64,000 bases of DNA, from contig OZ244898.1 in assembly GCA_965221585.1 (NCBI GenBank), forward strand, positions 2,105,420 through 2,169,419. The letters run 5' to 3'. The notes beneath the pieces are model-generated. The model was not told where the DNA came from. It ran no database searches and was given only the letters and a program-made list of their open reading frames with translations. The position numbers and the translations under genes are program-made. The DNA is from Candidatus Aldehydirespiratoraceae bacterium (GTDB lineage Bacteria; Actinomycetota; Acidimicrobiia; Acidimicrobiales; Aldehydirespiratoraceae). Shown here in pieces: positions 16,382 to 26,253 of the stretch (positions within the stretch are counted from its first letter, which is position 1; the number at the start of each line of letters is the position of its first letter).

Positions 16382-18508
16382 CTAGTCGCGGCGCGGGAGG
16401 GCGACCACCGCAACGTTGGCGTCGCACTGCTCGAGAACGGTCTCAACCGTGTGGCCCAGGAACGGGCGTCCGTCCACGCTGCGCAACTGGGCACCCAGCA
16501 CCACAAGGTCGCAGTCTTCGTCTTTGGCGACACCCACCAGCGCCGAAGGGACATCGGTCGAACTGCGAATCAAGGCGCGCGGCCAGATTCCAGCCTGCAC
16601 CGCCCGGATCGTGGCGATGTCCAGGAGTTCCTTGGCGATCACCTCGCTCGGATCCAGTTCGGTCGAGCGGCGCTTCAAAACACGAGGAACGAGCGTCTTG
16701 CGGTTCAACACATGCGTGAGGAACACCTCGGTCCCCAACTGCTCGGAGATGCTGAACGCCACTTCTTGGGCGGCGCTGGAGGAACGGGTACCCGTCACCG
16801 GAACCACGACTCGGCTGAACGCGGCCGGGAGCGGCCGGTCTAGACCGCGGGCCCGGCGAACGATTACAACCGGGATCGTGGCTTTCAGCAGGATTTCGTC
16901 GACCATTGGGGAATACAGCTGGCTCTCATGGCGAGTCGCCACACCCACGGCGATCACTCCGTAGCCCAGCCGGGACTCCGCGGCGATCTCTGCCGCGGCA
17001 TCGTCGCCGCTAACCGTTCGGTGGTCGACCGCGCGCTCGTTGAGCACTGCTTCAAGCACCGACACGTCCGGTCGCTCATCCCCATCGAGCACCGAGACCA
17101 GGGTCGCCGGCGCTTCTATAGGCCAAGCGAACTGCACGAGCTGCGCCGCGGCTATGGACGCCGGGCCGCCCCGGGACGGCAACAGAATCCTCGACGACTT
17201 CACGACGAGGTTCTGGCTGAGGGCCTTCTCACGATCGAGACGTTCCCGCTCGTCGGCCGACCCTCGCCAGCCACGCACAACGATGCGCAACGACACGGCT
17301 GCGAACACCGAGGTCACCAGTGGCACGATCACGATCACCGTGTACGCCGTCTCGCTGAACACGCCCAGTGAAAGACCCACAGAAGCAATCACGATCTCAA
17401 GGGTCCCCCGCGCATTGAGACCGGCGCCCAGAGCCACCGCAGCTCTTTGGCTCTGGCCCGCCAGACGCGCGCCGATGAACGCCCCCGCGAACTTCGCGCC
17501 GATAGCCACTGCCAGCACTATCCCCAGCCATCGGAGCGCGTTTGAATCCAGAAGTCCGAGATCGACGCGCATCCCGGCGGTGGCGAAGAAGATTGGGGCA
17601 AGCAGGCTCGTCGTCAGTGACTCGATGTGGTGCAGCACCTCGGGTTGACCGAACCGGGAGCGATGCAGTACAACCCCGGCCACGAACGCGCCGAGCACCG
17701 CTTCGATGCCGAGCGCCTGGGTCGCAACTCCATAGACGAGCATCGTGACCGCCACCACGGTCATCGCCCCGGCGATGTTGGGACCGTCACGTCGAACCCA
17801 GCGCAAAGCTCTGTCGACCAGCCGTTGGCCCAGCGTCATCGCCAGGACCAGGAACAGGGCCAACCCGAGCACAGTCTCAAGAATGACGCTTATCGAGACC
17901 GACCCCGAAGTGGCGAAACTGGCGAAGATCGCCAGCATCACCCAGCCGATCACATCGTTGGCCATGCCGGCGGCAACCGTGATCTGGCCGAAGTCGCGTC
18001 TCATCAGACCCAGTTCAGACAGGATCTTGGCGATCACAGCCAGCGCCGAGACCGCCATCGCGGCGGCCACGAACATGGCGAACACACTGCGGTCGGCGTC
18101 GGCGCCGACGAAGGACTCCGGCAACCAGACGCCCACGAGGATCCCACCGATCAGCGGCACGACCAGACTGAAGCCGGTCACCAACGCGGCCGCCCGCCCG
18201 AGGTTGCGGATCAACCCCAGGTCGGTCTCGAACCCTGCTGTCACCAGCAGCAGGGCCACGCCCAGCCAGCTGACAGCCAACAGGGCGCCCGAAGATATCT
18301 CCTCTTCGGGCAGGAACCATTCGAAGCCCTCGGGCCAGACACGCCCGAAGATCGAGGGGCCGACGATGATCCCCGCAGCCAGCTGACCGATCACGGAGGG
18401 TAGGTTGATGCTGCGCATAAGGCCGCCGAACAGGCGGGCGACCGAGACCAGGACCAGCAACTGCGTCCAGAAGACCAGCAGTTGGTGCTCGTCGAGGGGG
18501 GTCAGCAT
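16382..18508 (-). CDS. cation:proton antiporter (CPA2-type) fused to C-terminal universal-stress-protein-like domains
   Basis: About 400-aa polytopic Na+/H+-exchanger-like N-terminal region, followed by about 290 aa with two USP-like alpha/beta repeats (...VVVPVTGTRSS..., ...DLVVLGAQ...). Confidence 0.8.
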   Translation of the reverse strand: MLTPLDEHQLLVFWTQLLVLVSVARLFGGLMRSINLPSVIGQLAAGIIVGPSIFGRVWPEGFEWFLPEEEISSGALLAVSWLGVALLLVTAGFETDLGLIRNLGRAAALVTGFSLVVPLIGGILVGVWLPESFVGADADRSVFAMFVAAAMAVSALAVIAKILSELGLMRRDFGQITVAAGMANDVIGWVMLAIFASFATSGSVSISVILETVLGLALFLVLAMTLGQRLVDRALRWVRRDGPNIAGAMTVVAVTMLVYGVATQALGIEAVLGAFVAGVVLHRSRFGQPEVLHHIESLTTSLLAPIFFATAGMRVDLGLLDSNALRWLGIVLAVAIGAKFAGAFIGARLAGQSQRAAVALGAGLNARGTLEIVIASVGLSLGVFSETAYTVIVIVPLVTSVFAAVSLRIVVRGWRGSADERERLDREKALSQNLVVKSSRILLPSRGGPASIAAAQLVQFAWPIEAPATLVSVLDGDERPDVSVLEAVLNERAVDHRTVSGDDAAAEIAAESRLGYGVIAVGVATRHESQLYSPMVDEILLKATIPVVIVRRARGLDRPLPAAFSRVVVPVTGTRSSSAAQEVAFSISEQLGTEVFLTHVLNRKTLVPRVLKRRSTELDPSEVIAKELLDIATIRAVQAGIWPRALIRSSTDVPSALVGVAKDEDCDLVVLGAQLRSVDGRPFLGHTVETVLEQCDANVAVVALPRRD

Positions 18509-18512
18509 TCGA

Positions 18513-19295
18513 CTAGAGACTTCCGTCGATCAGGACGGGCGCGTGATCACTCGGGGGATCGTCCTTCGGGCCCTTGCGTTCATTGCGGTCGACCAGGGCC
18601 AGTTCGGTGGTGTCGGCAACCGACCGGGAGGTCATCAAAAGGTCGATGCGCATTCCCATCTTCTTGTGGAAGTTGCCGCCGCGATAGTCCCACCAGGAGT
18701 AGAGGCGTTCGTCTGAGTGGTGCTCACGGAACACGTCCACCAGTCCCCAATCTTGCAGAGCCACGATTCTGGCACGTTCCGGTTCGCTGGTGTGCGTCTG
18801 CGTCACGAACTTCGAGGGGTCATAGACGTCGCGGTCTTCGGGGGCGATATTGAAGTCGCCGCAAACGACAATGTCGTCGCTGGGCGCACACTGACCGTCG
18901 AGGTCTCCGATCAGTCGGTCGAGCCAGTCGAGCTTGTACTGGTAGTGGTCATGGTCGAGTGCTCGGCCGTTGGGCACGTAGCAGCAGGCCACCCGGACTC
19001 CACCACAGGTCGCCCAGGCGATCCGGGCATCGGTGTCTGGTGGTTTGCCGTCGCCGAATCCGGCGATCGGGTCCTCCATCGGCAGCCGCGAGAGGATTGC
19101 GACACCGTTCCAACGCCCTTCGCCGTGGTGGAAGCTCTCATAGCCGAGCGCTTCGAAGGTCATTGCCGGGAACGCCTCGTCGGCCAGTTTGGTCTCCTGC
19201 AGGCACAGCACGCCCGGTTCGAACATCTCGAGCCAACGCTGGACCCGTCCGAGTCGGGCCTTCAGTGAGTTGACGTTCCAGGTCGCGATCCGCAC
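18513..19295 (-). CDS. xthA: exodeoxyribonuclease III
   Basis: MRIATWNVNSLKARL N-terminus, CLQETK, SDHAPV C-terminal motif; 260 aa. Confidence 0.9.
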   Translation of the reverse strand: MRIATWNVNSLKARLGRVQRWLEMFEPGVLCLQETKLADEAFPAMTFEALGYESFHHGEGRWNGVAILSRLPMEDPIAGFGDGKPPDTDARIAWATCGGVRVACCYVPNGRALDHDHYQYKLDWLDRLIGDLDGQCAPSDDIVVCGDFNIAPEDRDVYDPSKFVTQTHTSEPERARIVALQDWGLVDVFREHHSDERLYSWWDYRGGNFHKKMGMRIDLLMTSRSVADTTELALVDRNERKGPKDDPPSDHAPVLIDGSL

Positions 19296-19439
19296 CCACC
19301 GGATCCTAGTGCCATGTCAAGTTGCGTTCAGATTGCCCGAACGGGGCCGAAACAACGCCTTGCAACTCGAAGGCTTACATATTTGCGCGCGCTCTATCTC
19401 TTTCTGATAGCGCGTGCGGCCCTCGCCTACAATGGCGGC

Positions 19440-22400
19440 GTGACGACAACCGATGCTTCCTCGCCGCACGGGCCCAACGATTGGCTGATCGACGAGATGC
19501 GCGCTCGCTGGAACGCCGACCCGGCTTCGGTGGACCACGAATGGCGGGTCATCTTCGACAACGAGAACGGAACCGAAACGGCTGCCACCGCCGCAGCTTC
19601 CCCTCTGATCGAAACCACCGCCAGCGACGTCACCCCAACCCCACAACCCCCAACCACGCCCCGCGTAAGCAACACCCCACCACCACAACCGCAAACCGCG
19701 GCTCCGGCCACGCCCGGCGAAAGCACCGCTACGCCCGGAACAAGCAACGCTACGCCCGGCGCAAGTGCACCGCGACCACCAACCGCGGCTCCGGCCACGC
19801 CCGGCGAAAGCACCGCTACGCCCGGCGCAAGCACAGCAACGATCAAGGGGAGCGGAGCCCGCATCGTCGCCAACATGGAAGCGTCGCTCGACGTGCCCAC
19901 CGCAACCAGCTTCCGAGAGATCCCGGCCAAGCTCCTGGAGATCAACCGCAAGATCATCAACGGCTACCTCGGACGCAAAATGTCCGACAAGATCTCCTTC
20001 ACCCATCTGATCGGGTACGCAGTCGTGCGAGCCATCGCCGATGAAATGCCGGTCATGAACAACTCGTTCACCCAGGGTCCCAACGGCGAACCCACACTGG
20101 TGCACAACCCGCATGTGGCTCTCGGAATCGCAGTGGACATCGCCAAATCAGACGGCTCCCGCACACTCATGGTCCCCTGCATCAAACAGGCCGACACCCT
20201 CAGCTTCCGGGAATTCGCCACGCGATACGAAGACACGATCCGCCGGGTCCGCAACAACGAGATCAGCCCCGACGACCTCACGGGCACAACCGTCACCCTC
20301 ACCAACCCCGGCACCATCGGCACGCTGCAGTCCGTGCCGCGGTTGATGCCCGGCCAGGGCCTCATCGTCGGCGTCGGCTCGATCGCCTACCCGACCGGCT
20401 TCGAAGCCGCAGATCCGGCCACTCTGGCTGATCTCGGGCTCTCGAAGATCGTCACGATCACCTCCACCTACGATCATCGGATCATCCAGGGTGCCGAGTC
20501 CGGGATGTTCCTGCGCAAGGTCCACGACCTGCTACTCGGCAGCGACGACTTCTACGTCAAGGTCTTCGCGTCGCTGGAAGTTCCATATGAGGCGGTCCAA
20601 TGGCGCAGGGACGTCAATCCGGTCGACCGTGAGGGAGCCCTGCTCGAGAAGCAGGCCAAGGTCAACCAACTGATCAACATGTACCGGGTCCGCGGCCACC
20701 TCATCGCCGATCTCGACCCGCTTCAGGTCAAAGAGCCGAAGATGCACGCAGAGCTCGACCCGGCAACCTACGGGCTGACGATCTGGGACCTCGACCGCGA
20801 GTTCCTCACCGGAAGCGACACGGGCATCTATGCGATGGTCGGTGGCACCCCGAAGATGACCTTGGGCGACCTTCTGGGTGTGCTGCGCGACGCCTACTGC
20901 CGAACGGTAGGTGTCGAGTACATGCATATCCAGGACCCCGTGGAGAAGCGCTGGATGCAAGAACAGCTCGAGGGCGCGAACTCGTACATAGAGCCGGACG
21001 AGCAGCGCCATATCCTCAGCCGTCTCAACGCCGCCGAAGCGCTCGAGTCCTTCCTCGGCACTAAATACGTGGGTCAGAAGAGATTCGGCATCGAGGGAGC
21101 CGAAAGCACGATCCCGCTCGTCGACGCGGTGCTCGGCGCGGCAGCCGACAACCACCTGGCCGGCGCGGTGATGGGCATGGCACACCGGGGCCGCCTGAAC
21201 GTGCTGGTCAACATAGTCGGCAAGACCTACAAGGAACTCTTCACAGAGTTCGAGGGGGGCGACATCGAGCAGATGACCCAGGGGTCCGGCGACGTCAAGT
21301 ACCACCTCGGCCAGAAGGGCACCTTCGTCAGCCGCAATGGCAACGAACTCGCCCTCGAGCTGGCCGCCAACCCGAGCCACCTCGAAGCGGTAGATCCGGT
21401 CGTGGTGGGCATGGTACGCGCCAAGATGGACCTGATCGACCCCGAGAGCGGCTATGGCAAGTTCCCGGTCCTGCCGTTGTTGATCCACGGCGACGCTGCC
21501 TTCGCGGGACAGGGCGTGGTCGCCGAGACGCTCAATCTCTCGCAGATTCAGGGATACCGGGTGGGCGGCACGATCCATGTGATCATCAACAACCAACTCG
21601 GTTTCACGACCACGCCCGATGTGGCCCGCTCCTCGGAGTACTCGACCGACGTGGCCAAGATGATCCAGGCGCCGATCTTCCATGTCAACGGCGACGACCC
21701 CGAAGCCTGCGTGCGCGTGGCCCGGCTGGCGTTCGCGTACCGGCAGCGGTTCAACAAGGACGTCGTGATCGACATGATCTGCTACCGGCGCCACGGGCAC
21801 AACGAGGGCGACGACCCCAGTTACACACTCCCCGAGATGTACCGCCGAGTCGACGCCAGGCCCTCGGTGCGTGCCCACTTCACCGAAGCACTCACAAAGC
21901 GCGGGGACCTGACCCCGACACAGGCCGAGGAAGCCTTGGCGGACTTTCAAGCACGCCTGCAGTCCGCGCTCGACGAGACACGCGGGATGGCCTCGGACCC
22001 CGATGCGCGCGCCGCGCCCCCGCCACAGCCCGTCGGCGTTCTGCCCCATGTGCGAACCTCCATAGACCATGCCAGCGTGCAGCGGATCTACCGGGCGCTC
22101 TCGATCATGCCCGACGGGTTCACGCTTCATCCCAAACTCGCCCAGCAGTTCGAGAAGCGCGACGAGATGTTCTCATCGGGCGAGGTCGACTGGGCGTTGG
22201 CTGAAGCGATGGCTCTGGGATCGCTTCTGCTGGAGGGCAACAGCATCCGGCTGGCAGGCCAGGACTCCCGCCGCGGCACCTTCAGCCACCGCCACTCGAC
22301 TCTGGTCGACTACGAGACCAGCGCCGAGCACGTACCGTTGGCGACCCTCGCGTCCGGAGACACACGACTGTGGATCTACGACTCGCTGCTCTCGGAATAC

Positions 22401-23210
22401 GCCGCGCTGGGTTTCGAGTACGGATACTCGATCGCCAACCGCGACGCACTGGTCATGTGGGAGGCGCAGTTCGGCGATTTCGCCAACGGCGCCCAGATAA
22501 TCATCGACCAGTTCATCGTCTCCGCCAAGGACAAATGGGATGAGGAGACCGGTCTGGTCCTGCTGCTGCCACACGGTCTCGAGGGTCAGGGACCGGAGCA
22601 TTCCTCGGCCCGTGTCGAGCGTTTCCTCATGGCGGCTGCGGAGGACAATCTGCAGATCTGCAACGCCACGACAGCCGCCCAGTTCTTTCATCTGCTGCGC
22701 CGTCAGACCCTGCTGCATGTGCGCGTGCCGCTGATCGTGTTCACGCCCAAGTCGCTGCTGCGGGCACGGACCTCACGCTCACCGGTCGCCCACCTGCTGT
22801 CGGGAACGTTCGAGGAAGTTCTCGGCGATCCCGCCGAACCCGATCCCGCAGCGGTGAAACGGGTGATTCTGGCGAGCGGCAAGGTTGCCTTCGATGCCAT
22901 GGCACAACGAGATCGTTCGGGCGCGCCCGTGGCGGTGGTTCGTGTCGAGCAGCTCTATCCCTGGCCTTTCGACGCCATAGCCGCCCAACTGGCCAGGTAC
23001 GGGGCGGCCACTGAAATCGTCTGGTTGCAGGAGGAGCCGGAGAACATGGGTCCTTGGAACGCCATCAAGGGCCGGATATACGAGGCTCACGAGCACACCC
23101 ACTCGATACGTCGGGTCAGCCGGTTCGAGTCCGGAAGTCCGGCGTGTGGAAGCGCCAAGGTCCACGCCCAGGAGCACGCCGAGCTGCTGCGCAACGCCCT
23201 GAGTTTCTGA
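19440..23210 (+). CDS. kgd: multifunctional 2-oxoglutarate dehydrogenase E1 fused to an E2-like succinyltransferase domain (Kgd/OdhA type)
   Basis: N-terminal GPNDWLIDEMRARWNADPASVDHEW, a Pro/Thr/Ala linker, an E2 catalytic domain (TYDHRIIQGAESG), then a ThDP-dependent E1o. Start set at GTG 19440, which has TACAAT 6 nt upstream; ATG 19314 would add a non-homologous 42 aa. Confidence 0.9.
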   Translation: MTTTDASSPHGPNDWLIDEMRARWNADPASVDHEWRVIFDNENGTETAATAAASPLIETTASDVTPTPQPPTTPRVSNTPPPQPQTAAPATPGESTATPGTSNATPGASAPRPPTAAPATPGESTATPGASTATIKGSGARIVANMEASLDVPTATSFREIPAKLLEINRKIINGYLGRKMSDKISFTHLIGYAVVRAIADEMPVMNNSFTQGPNGEPTLVHNPHVALGIAVDIAKSDGSRTLMVPCIKQADTLSFREFATRYEDTIRRVRNNEISPDDLTGTTVTLTNPGTIGTLQSVPRLMPGQGLIVGVGSIAYPTGFEAADPATLADLGLSKIVTITSTYDHRIIQGAESGMFLRKVHDLLLGSDDFYVKVFASLEVPYEAVQWRRDVNPVDREGALLEKQAKVNQLINMYRVRGHLIADLDPLQVKEPKMHAELDPATYGLTIWDLDREFLTGSDTGIYAMVGGTPKMTLGDLLGVLRDAYCRTVGVEYMHIQDPVEKRWMQEQLEGANSYIEPDEQRHILSRLNAAEALESFLGTKYVGQKRFGIEGAESTIPLVDAVLGAAADNHLAGAVMGMAHRGRLNVLVNIVGKTYKELFTEFEGGDIEQMTQGSGDVKYHLGQKGTFVSRNGNELALELAANPSHLEAVDPVVVGMVRAKMDLIDPESGYGKFPVLPLLIHGDAAFAGQGVVAETLNLSQIQGYRVGGTIHVIINNQLGFTTTPDVARSSEYSTDVAKMIQAPIFHVNGDDPEACVRVARLAFAYRQRFNKDVVIDMICYRRHGHNEGDDPSYTLPEMYRRVDARPSVRAHFTEALTKRGDLTPTQAEEALADFQARLQSALDETRGMASDPDARAAPPPQPVGVLPHVRTSIDHASVQRIYRALSIMPDGFTLHPKLAQQFEKRDEMFSSGEVDWALAEAMALGSLLLEGNSIRLAGQDSRRGTFSHRHSTLVDYETSAEHVPLATLASGDTRLWIYDSLLSEYAALGFEYGYSIANRDALVMWEAQFGDFANGAQIIIDQFIVSAKDKWDEETGLVLLLPHGLEGQGPEHSSARVERFLMAAAEDNLQICNATTAAQFFHLLRRQTLLHVRVPLIVFTPKSLLRARTSRSPVAHLLSGTFEEVLGDPAEPDPAAVKRVILASGKVAFDAMAQRDRSGAPVAVVRVEQLYPWPFDAIAAQLARYGAATEIVWLQEEPENMGPWNAIKGRIYEAHEHTHSIRRVSRFESGSPACGSAKVHAQEHAELLRNALSF
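19694..19840 (+). repeat. nested tandem duplication inside the kgd linker (45-nt perfect repeat, period 87 nt; sub-repeat GCTACGCCCGG)
   Basis: 19694-19738 and 19781-19825 are identical (AACCGCGGCTCCGGCCACGCCCGGCGAAAGCACCGCTACGCCCGG). It encodes TAAPATPGESTATPG twice. Confidence 0.9.
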
Positions 23211-23255
23211 GCCGCTGACTGGCCACTGCCGACCTACTGCTAGATTCTCGGCGCA

Positions 23256-24959
23256 ATGAGCGCTCAGTTCATCTTCACCATGCACAAGGTCGGTCGCTTC
23301 GTTGCTCCCGACAAGGATGTTCTGAAAGACATCACGCTGGCCTTCTACCCGGGCGCGAAGATCGGCGTGCTGGGCCCCAACGGTGCGGGCAAGTCGACTC
23401 TGCTGCGGATCATGGCCGGCATCGACACCGAATACAGCGGTGAGGCTCGCCTGACCGGGGGTTTCAGCGTCGGCATGCTCGACCAGGAACCGCAACTCGA
23501 CGCCTCCAAGGACGTGATGGGCAACATCATGGACGGCACCGCCGAAGCCGCAGATTTGCTGGCTGCCTACGACGAGGTGATGGCACAGTGGTCCGATCCC
23601 GATGCCGACTACGAGAAGCTCGGTGCTCGTCAGGCCGACATAGAGTCGAAGATCGAGGCGCTCGGCGCCTGGGACACCCAGCGCAACATCGAGATCGCCA
23701 TGGACGCGCTGCGCACTCCACCCGGCGACACACCCGTCGGCCATCTGTCCGGGGGTGAAGTCAGGCGTGTGGCCATGGCTCGACTGCTTATGGCCAAACC
23801 CGACCTGCTGCTACTCGACGAGCCGACCAACCACCTCGACGCCGAGTCTGTGGCCTGGCTCGAACGCACCTTGCAGGACTACCAGGGAACCGTCGTGGCG
23901 ATAACCCACGACCGCTACTTCCTGGACAACGTGGCGGGCTGGATCCTCGAGCTTGACCGCGGCAAGGGGTTCCCCTTCGAGGGGAACTACTCGGGATTCC
24001 TGGAGCAGAAAGAGGCACGTTACGCGGCACTCGACAAGCAGGACGACAAACGCCAGCGCACCCTCAAGCGTGAGCTCGAGTGGGTTCGGATGGCCCCCAA
24101 GGCCCGCCAGGCCAAGGGCAAGGCGAGGCTCTCACAGTACGAGAAGCTGCTTGAGCAGCAGCGCAGCGCCGAGGGTCGGGCCAACGACCTTGAAATCGTG
24201 ATCACGACCGACACCCGGCTCGGTGATGTCGTGATCGAAGCCGAAGGGTTGTCGAAGGGGTTCGGCGACAAGCTGTTGATCGAAAACCTCTCGTTCTCTC
24301 TGCCGCCAGCGGGAATTGTCGGTGTCATCGGCGCCAACGGCGCCGGCAAGTCCACTCTGTTCAAGATGATCATCGCCGCAGCGACCGACAACACCGAGGA
24401 CGAGTCCCGGCCTGACGGCGGCACTCTGCGGATAGGTCCCACGGTCAAGCTCGGCTACGTGGACCAGAACCGCACCCTCGATCCCGACAAGACCGTCTAT
24501 GAGGAGATCACCGGGGGAAACGACAACCTGGTCGTCGCGGGACGGGAGATCCACGGTCGCGCCTATGCGGCCTCGTTCAACTTCCGAGGCTCCGACCAGC
24601 AAAAGAAGGTCGGAGTTCTGTCGGGCGGCGAACGCAACCGTGTGCACCTCGCCAAGATGCTCACACGCGGTGCCAACCTGCTGCTGCTCGACGAGCCGAC
24701 CAATGATCTCGACGTGGACACCCTGCGTGCGCTTGAGGACGCCATCGAGGCCTTCCCGGGCTGCGCGGTGATCATCAGCCATGACCGATGGTTCCTCGAC
24801 CGTGTCTCCACCCATATTCTGGCCTTCGAGGGTGACTCGCAGGTCCGCTGGTTCGAGGGTAATTTCAGCGACTACGCCGACTACCGAAAGCGGGAGCACG
24901 GAGTTGACGCCATGCGCCCGCAACGCATCAAGTACAAACCGATCGAGCGCATCCGATGA
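23256..24959 (+). CDS. ettA: energy-dependent translational throttle protein EttA (ABC-F)
   Basis: Two ABC cassettes (GPNGAGKST/LSGGEVRRV and GANGAGKST/LSGGERNRV), no TM domain. N-terminus MSAQFIFTMHKVGR is typical of EttA. Confidence 0.9.
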   Translation: MSAQFIFTMHKVGRFVAPDKDVLKDITLAFYPGAKIGVLGPNGAGKSTLLRIMAGIDTEYSGEARLTGGFSVGMLDQEPQLDASKDVMGNIMDGTAEAADLLAAYDEVMAQWSDPDADYEKLGARQADIESKIEALGAWDTQRNIEIAMDALRTPPGDTPVGHLSGGEVRRVAMARLLMAKPDLLLLDEPTNHLDAESVAWLERTLQDYQGTVVAITHDRYFLDNVAGWILELDRGKGFPFEGNYSGFLEQKEARYAALDKQDDKRQRTLKRELEWVRMAPKARQAKGKARLSQYEKLLEQQRSAEGRANDLEIVITTDTRLGDVVIEAEGLSKGFGDKLLIENLSFSLPPAGIVGVIGANGAGKSTLFKMIIAAATDNTEDESRPDGGTLRIGPTVKLGYVDQNRTLDPDKTVYEEITGGNDNLVVAGREIHGRAYAASFNFRGSDQQKKVGVLSGGERNRVHLAKMLTRGANLLLLDEPTNDLDVDTLRALEDAIEAFPGCAVIISHDRWFLDRVSTHILAFEGDSQVRWFEGNFSDYADYRKREHGVDAMRPQRIKYKPIERIR

Positions 24960-25810
24960 CCGACGACCCAGCTTCTGTGCCTCCGATCCTTCGGTTGGAG
25001 CCAGTTGCGGAGGCGCGGTACCGAGTCGTCAATGAGGGAGACCCGGCAGTCAACAATGTGGTGTTCGGAGGCCAGCTGCTGTCTCAGATGATCATGGCGG
25101 CGACTGCCGGCGACGAAGCCAAGACCGTCAAGACGATCAGTGCGACCTTCGCCCGAGCCGCCCGGGTAGATGCCGACACTGAAGTCTCAGTCGAGACTTT
25201 CCATTCGGGCCGCACCTTCGCAAGCCGTACGGTGAGTGTCTGGCAGGTTGAGCGGCTCTGCGCCCGGGCCTCGGTTCTCAGCCATGCGTCCGACACGGAC
25301 GTGATCGCCCACCAGGTCGACCGAGGCGCGGTGACGCCTCCGACCGAGGGCCGCATCGCCAGCGACCATGCGGTGTTCCCGGGTGCGGAGTATGTGATCG
25401 CCGACGATGTCGATCTGGTCGACAGTTCCGGGCCCACCGGTCCAGCCGAGCTGTCGGTCTGGTATCGCAGCCGGCACACACCCGATGATCCCATCATCAA
25501 TCAGGCGGTGCTGGCCTGGGGAACCGACGGGTTCCTGATCGGTACCGCCATGCGCCCCCACTCCGGCGTTGCCTACGACCGCGCACATGTCGACTTGTCG
25601 ACCGGGGTGATCAGCCACACACTCACCTTCCATCGGCCCTTCTCCATGCGGGACTGGCTGCTGCTGTCCCACGAAGCTCCCTTTGCGGGCGGCGGTCGCA
25701 GCTACGGCCGCGCCCATGTCCACGACAGCAGTGGCGCGCTCGTCGCCAGCTACGTGCAGGACGCGATGATTGCTGACATGCCCGAAGGTGCCCAACGGAG
25801 GACCATGTGA
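24956..25810 (+). CDS. acyl-CoA thioesterase II-like (double hotdog)
   Basis: 284 aa. VFGGQLLSQ motif of TesB-type thioesterases. ATGA overlap with the ettA stop. Confidence 0.75.
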   Translation: MTDDPASVPPILRLEPVAEARYRVVNEGDPAVNNVVFGGQLLSQMIMAATAGDEAKTVKTISATFARAARVDADTEVSVETFHSGRTFASRTVSVWQVERLCARASVLSHASDTDVIAHQVDRGAVTPPTEGRIASDHAVFPGAEYVIADDVDLVDSSGPTGPAELSVWYRSRHTPDDPIINQAVLAWGTDGFLIGTAMRPHSGVAYDRAHVDLSTGVISHTLTFHRPFSMRDWLLLSHEAPFAGGGRSYGRAHVHDSSGALVASYVQDAMIADMPEGAQRRTM

Positions 25811-25833
25811 AGCAAGGGACCGGGTGAAACGCC

Positions 25834-26253
25834 ATGGAGGACATGTTTCCGGCGCGGGTACTGCCCAAGCTTGACCCCCAGAACCGGCAGTTCTGGACAT
25901 CCGGCGCGCACGGCGAGCTGCGCATCGAGCGCTGCCGTGAGTGCGGCACTTGGATCCATCCACCGGTCGGTACCTGCTTCGAGTGCCACAGCAGTTCGGT
26001 CGAGCCCACCGTGGTCAGCGGACGCGGCAAGATCTACTCGTTCACCATCAACCATCAGCCGTGGTTCGGTGACATCGGGCCCTATTGCGTGGTGCTCGTT
26101 GACCTCGAAGAGGGCAGTGACACCCAGCCGCTGCGCATCACCAGCAACCTGGTCGGAACCGACCCCGACGATGTACGAATCGGCATGGACGTCGAAGTGT
26201 TCTTCATCCAGTGTGATGATGTCTGGCTGCCGCAGTTCCGGGAGATCAGATGA
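25834..26253 (+). CDS. Zn-ribbon/OB-fold protein (DUF35 family)
   Basis: CRECGTWIHPPVGTCFEC rubredoxin-like knuckle followed by an OB-fold segment (GRGKIYSFTINH). Canonical partner of the downstream thiolase-like gene. Confidence 0.8.
   Translation: MEDMFPARVLPKLDPQNRQFWTSGAHGELRIERCRECGTWIHPPVGTCFECHSSSVEPTVVSGRGKIYSFTINHQPWFGDIGPYCVVLVDLEEGSDTQPLRITSNLVGTDPDDVRIGMDVEVFFIQCDDVWLPQFREIR

Noticed and set aside
19314-19439. ATG 19314 as the kgd start (adds 42 aa: MSSCVQIARTGPKQRLATRRLTYLRALYLFLIARAALAYNGG)
   Set aside because: The extension covers the AT-richer promoter-like region, including TTGCAA and TACAAT hexamers. Homologous Kgd proteins begin right at the …SSP.GPN.WL.EEM… segment, which follows GTG 19440.
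20532-22130. Long antisense ORFs (532 aa here; also 2260-3405, 7822-9267, 43460-45037, 52890-53828, 55611-56354 and many others in the track)
   Set aside because: Each lies fully inside, and antisense to, a gene with clear family motifs (kgd, recG, the CoA-transferase, the MgtE-like gene and so on). Their translations are Arg/Gly/Pro-rich with no recognisable domains. This is the usual stop-codon-poor artefact of high-GC DNA.
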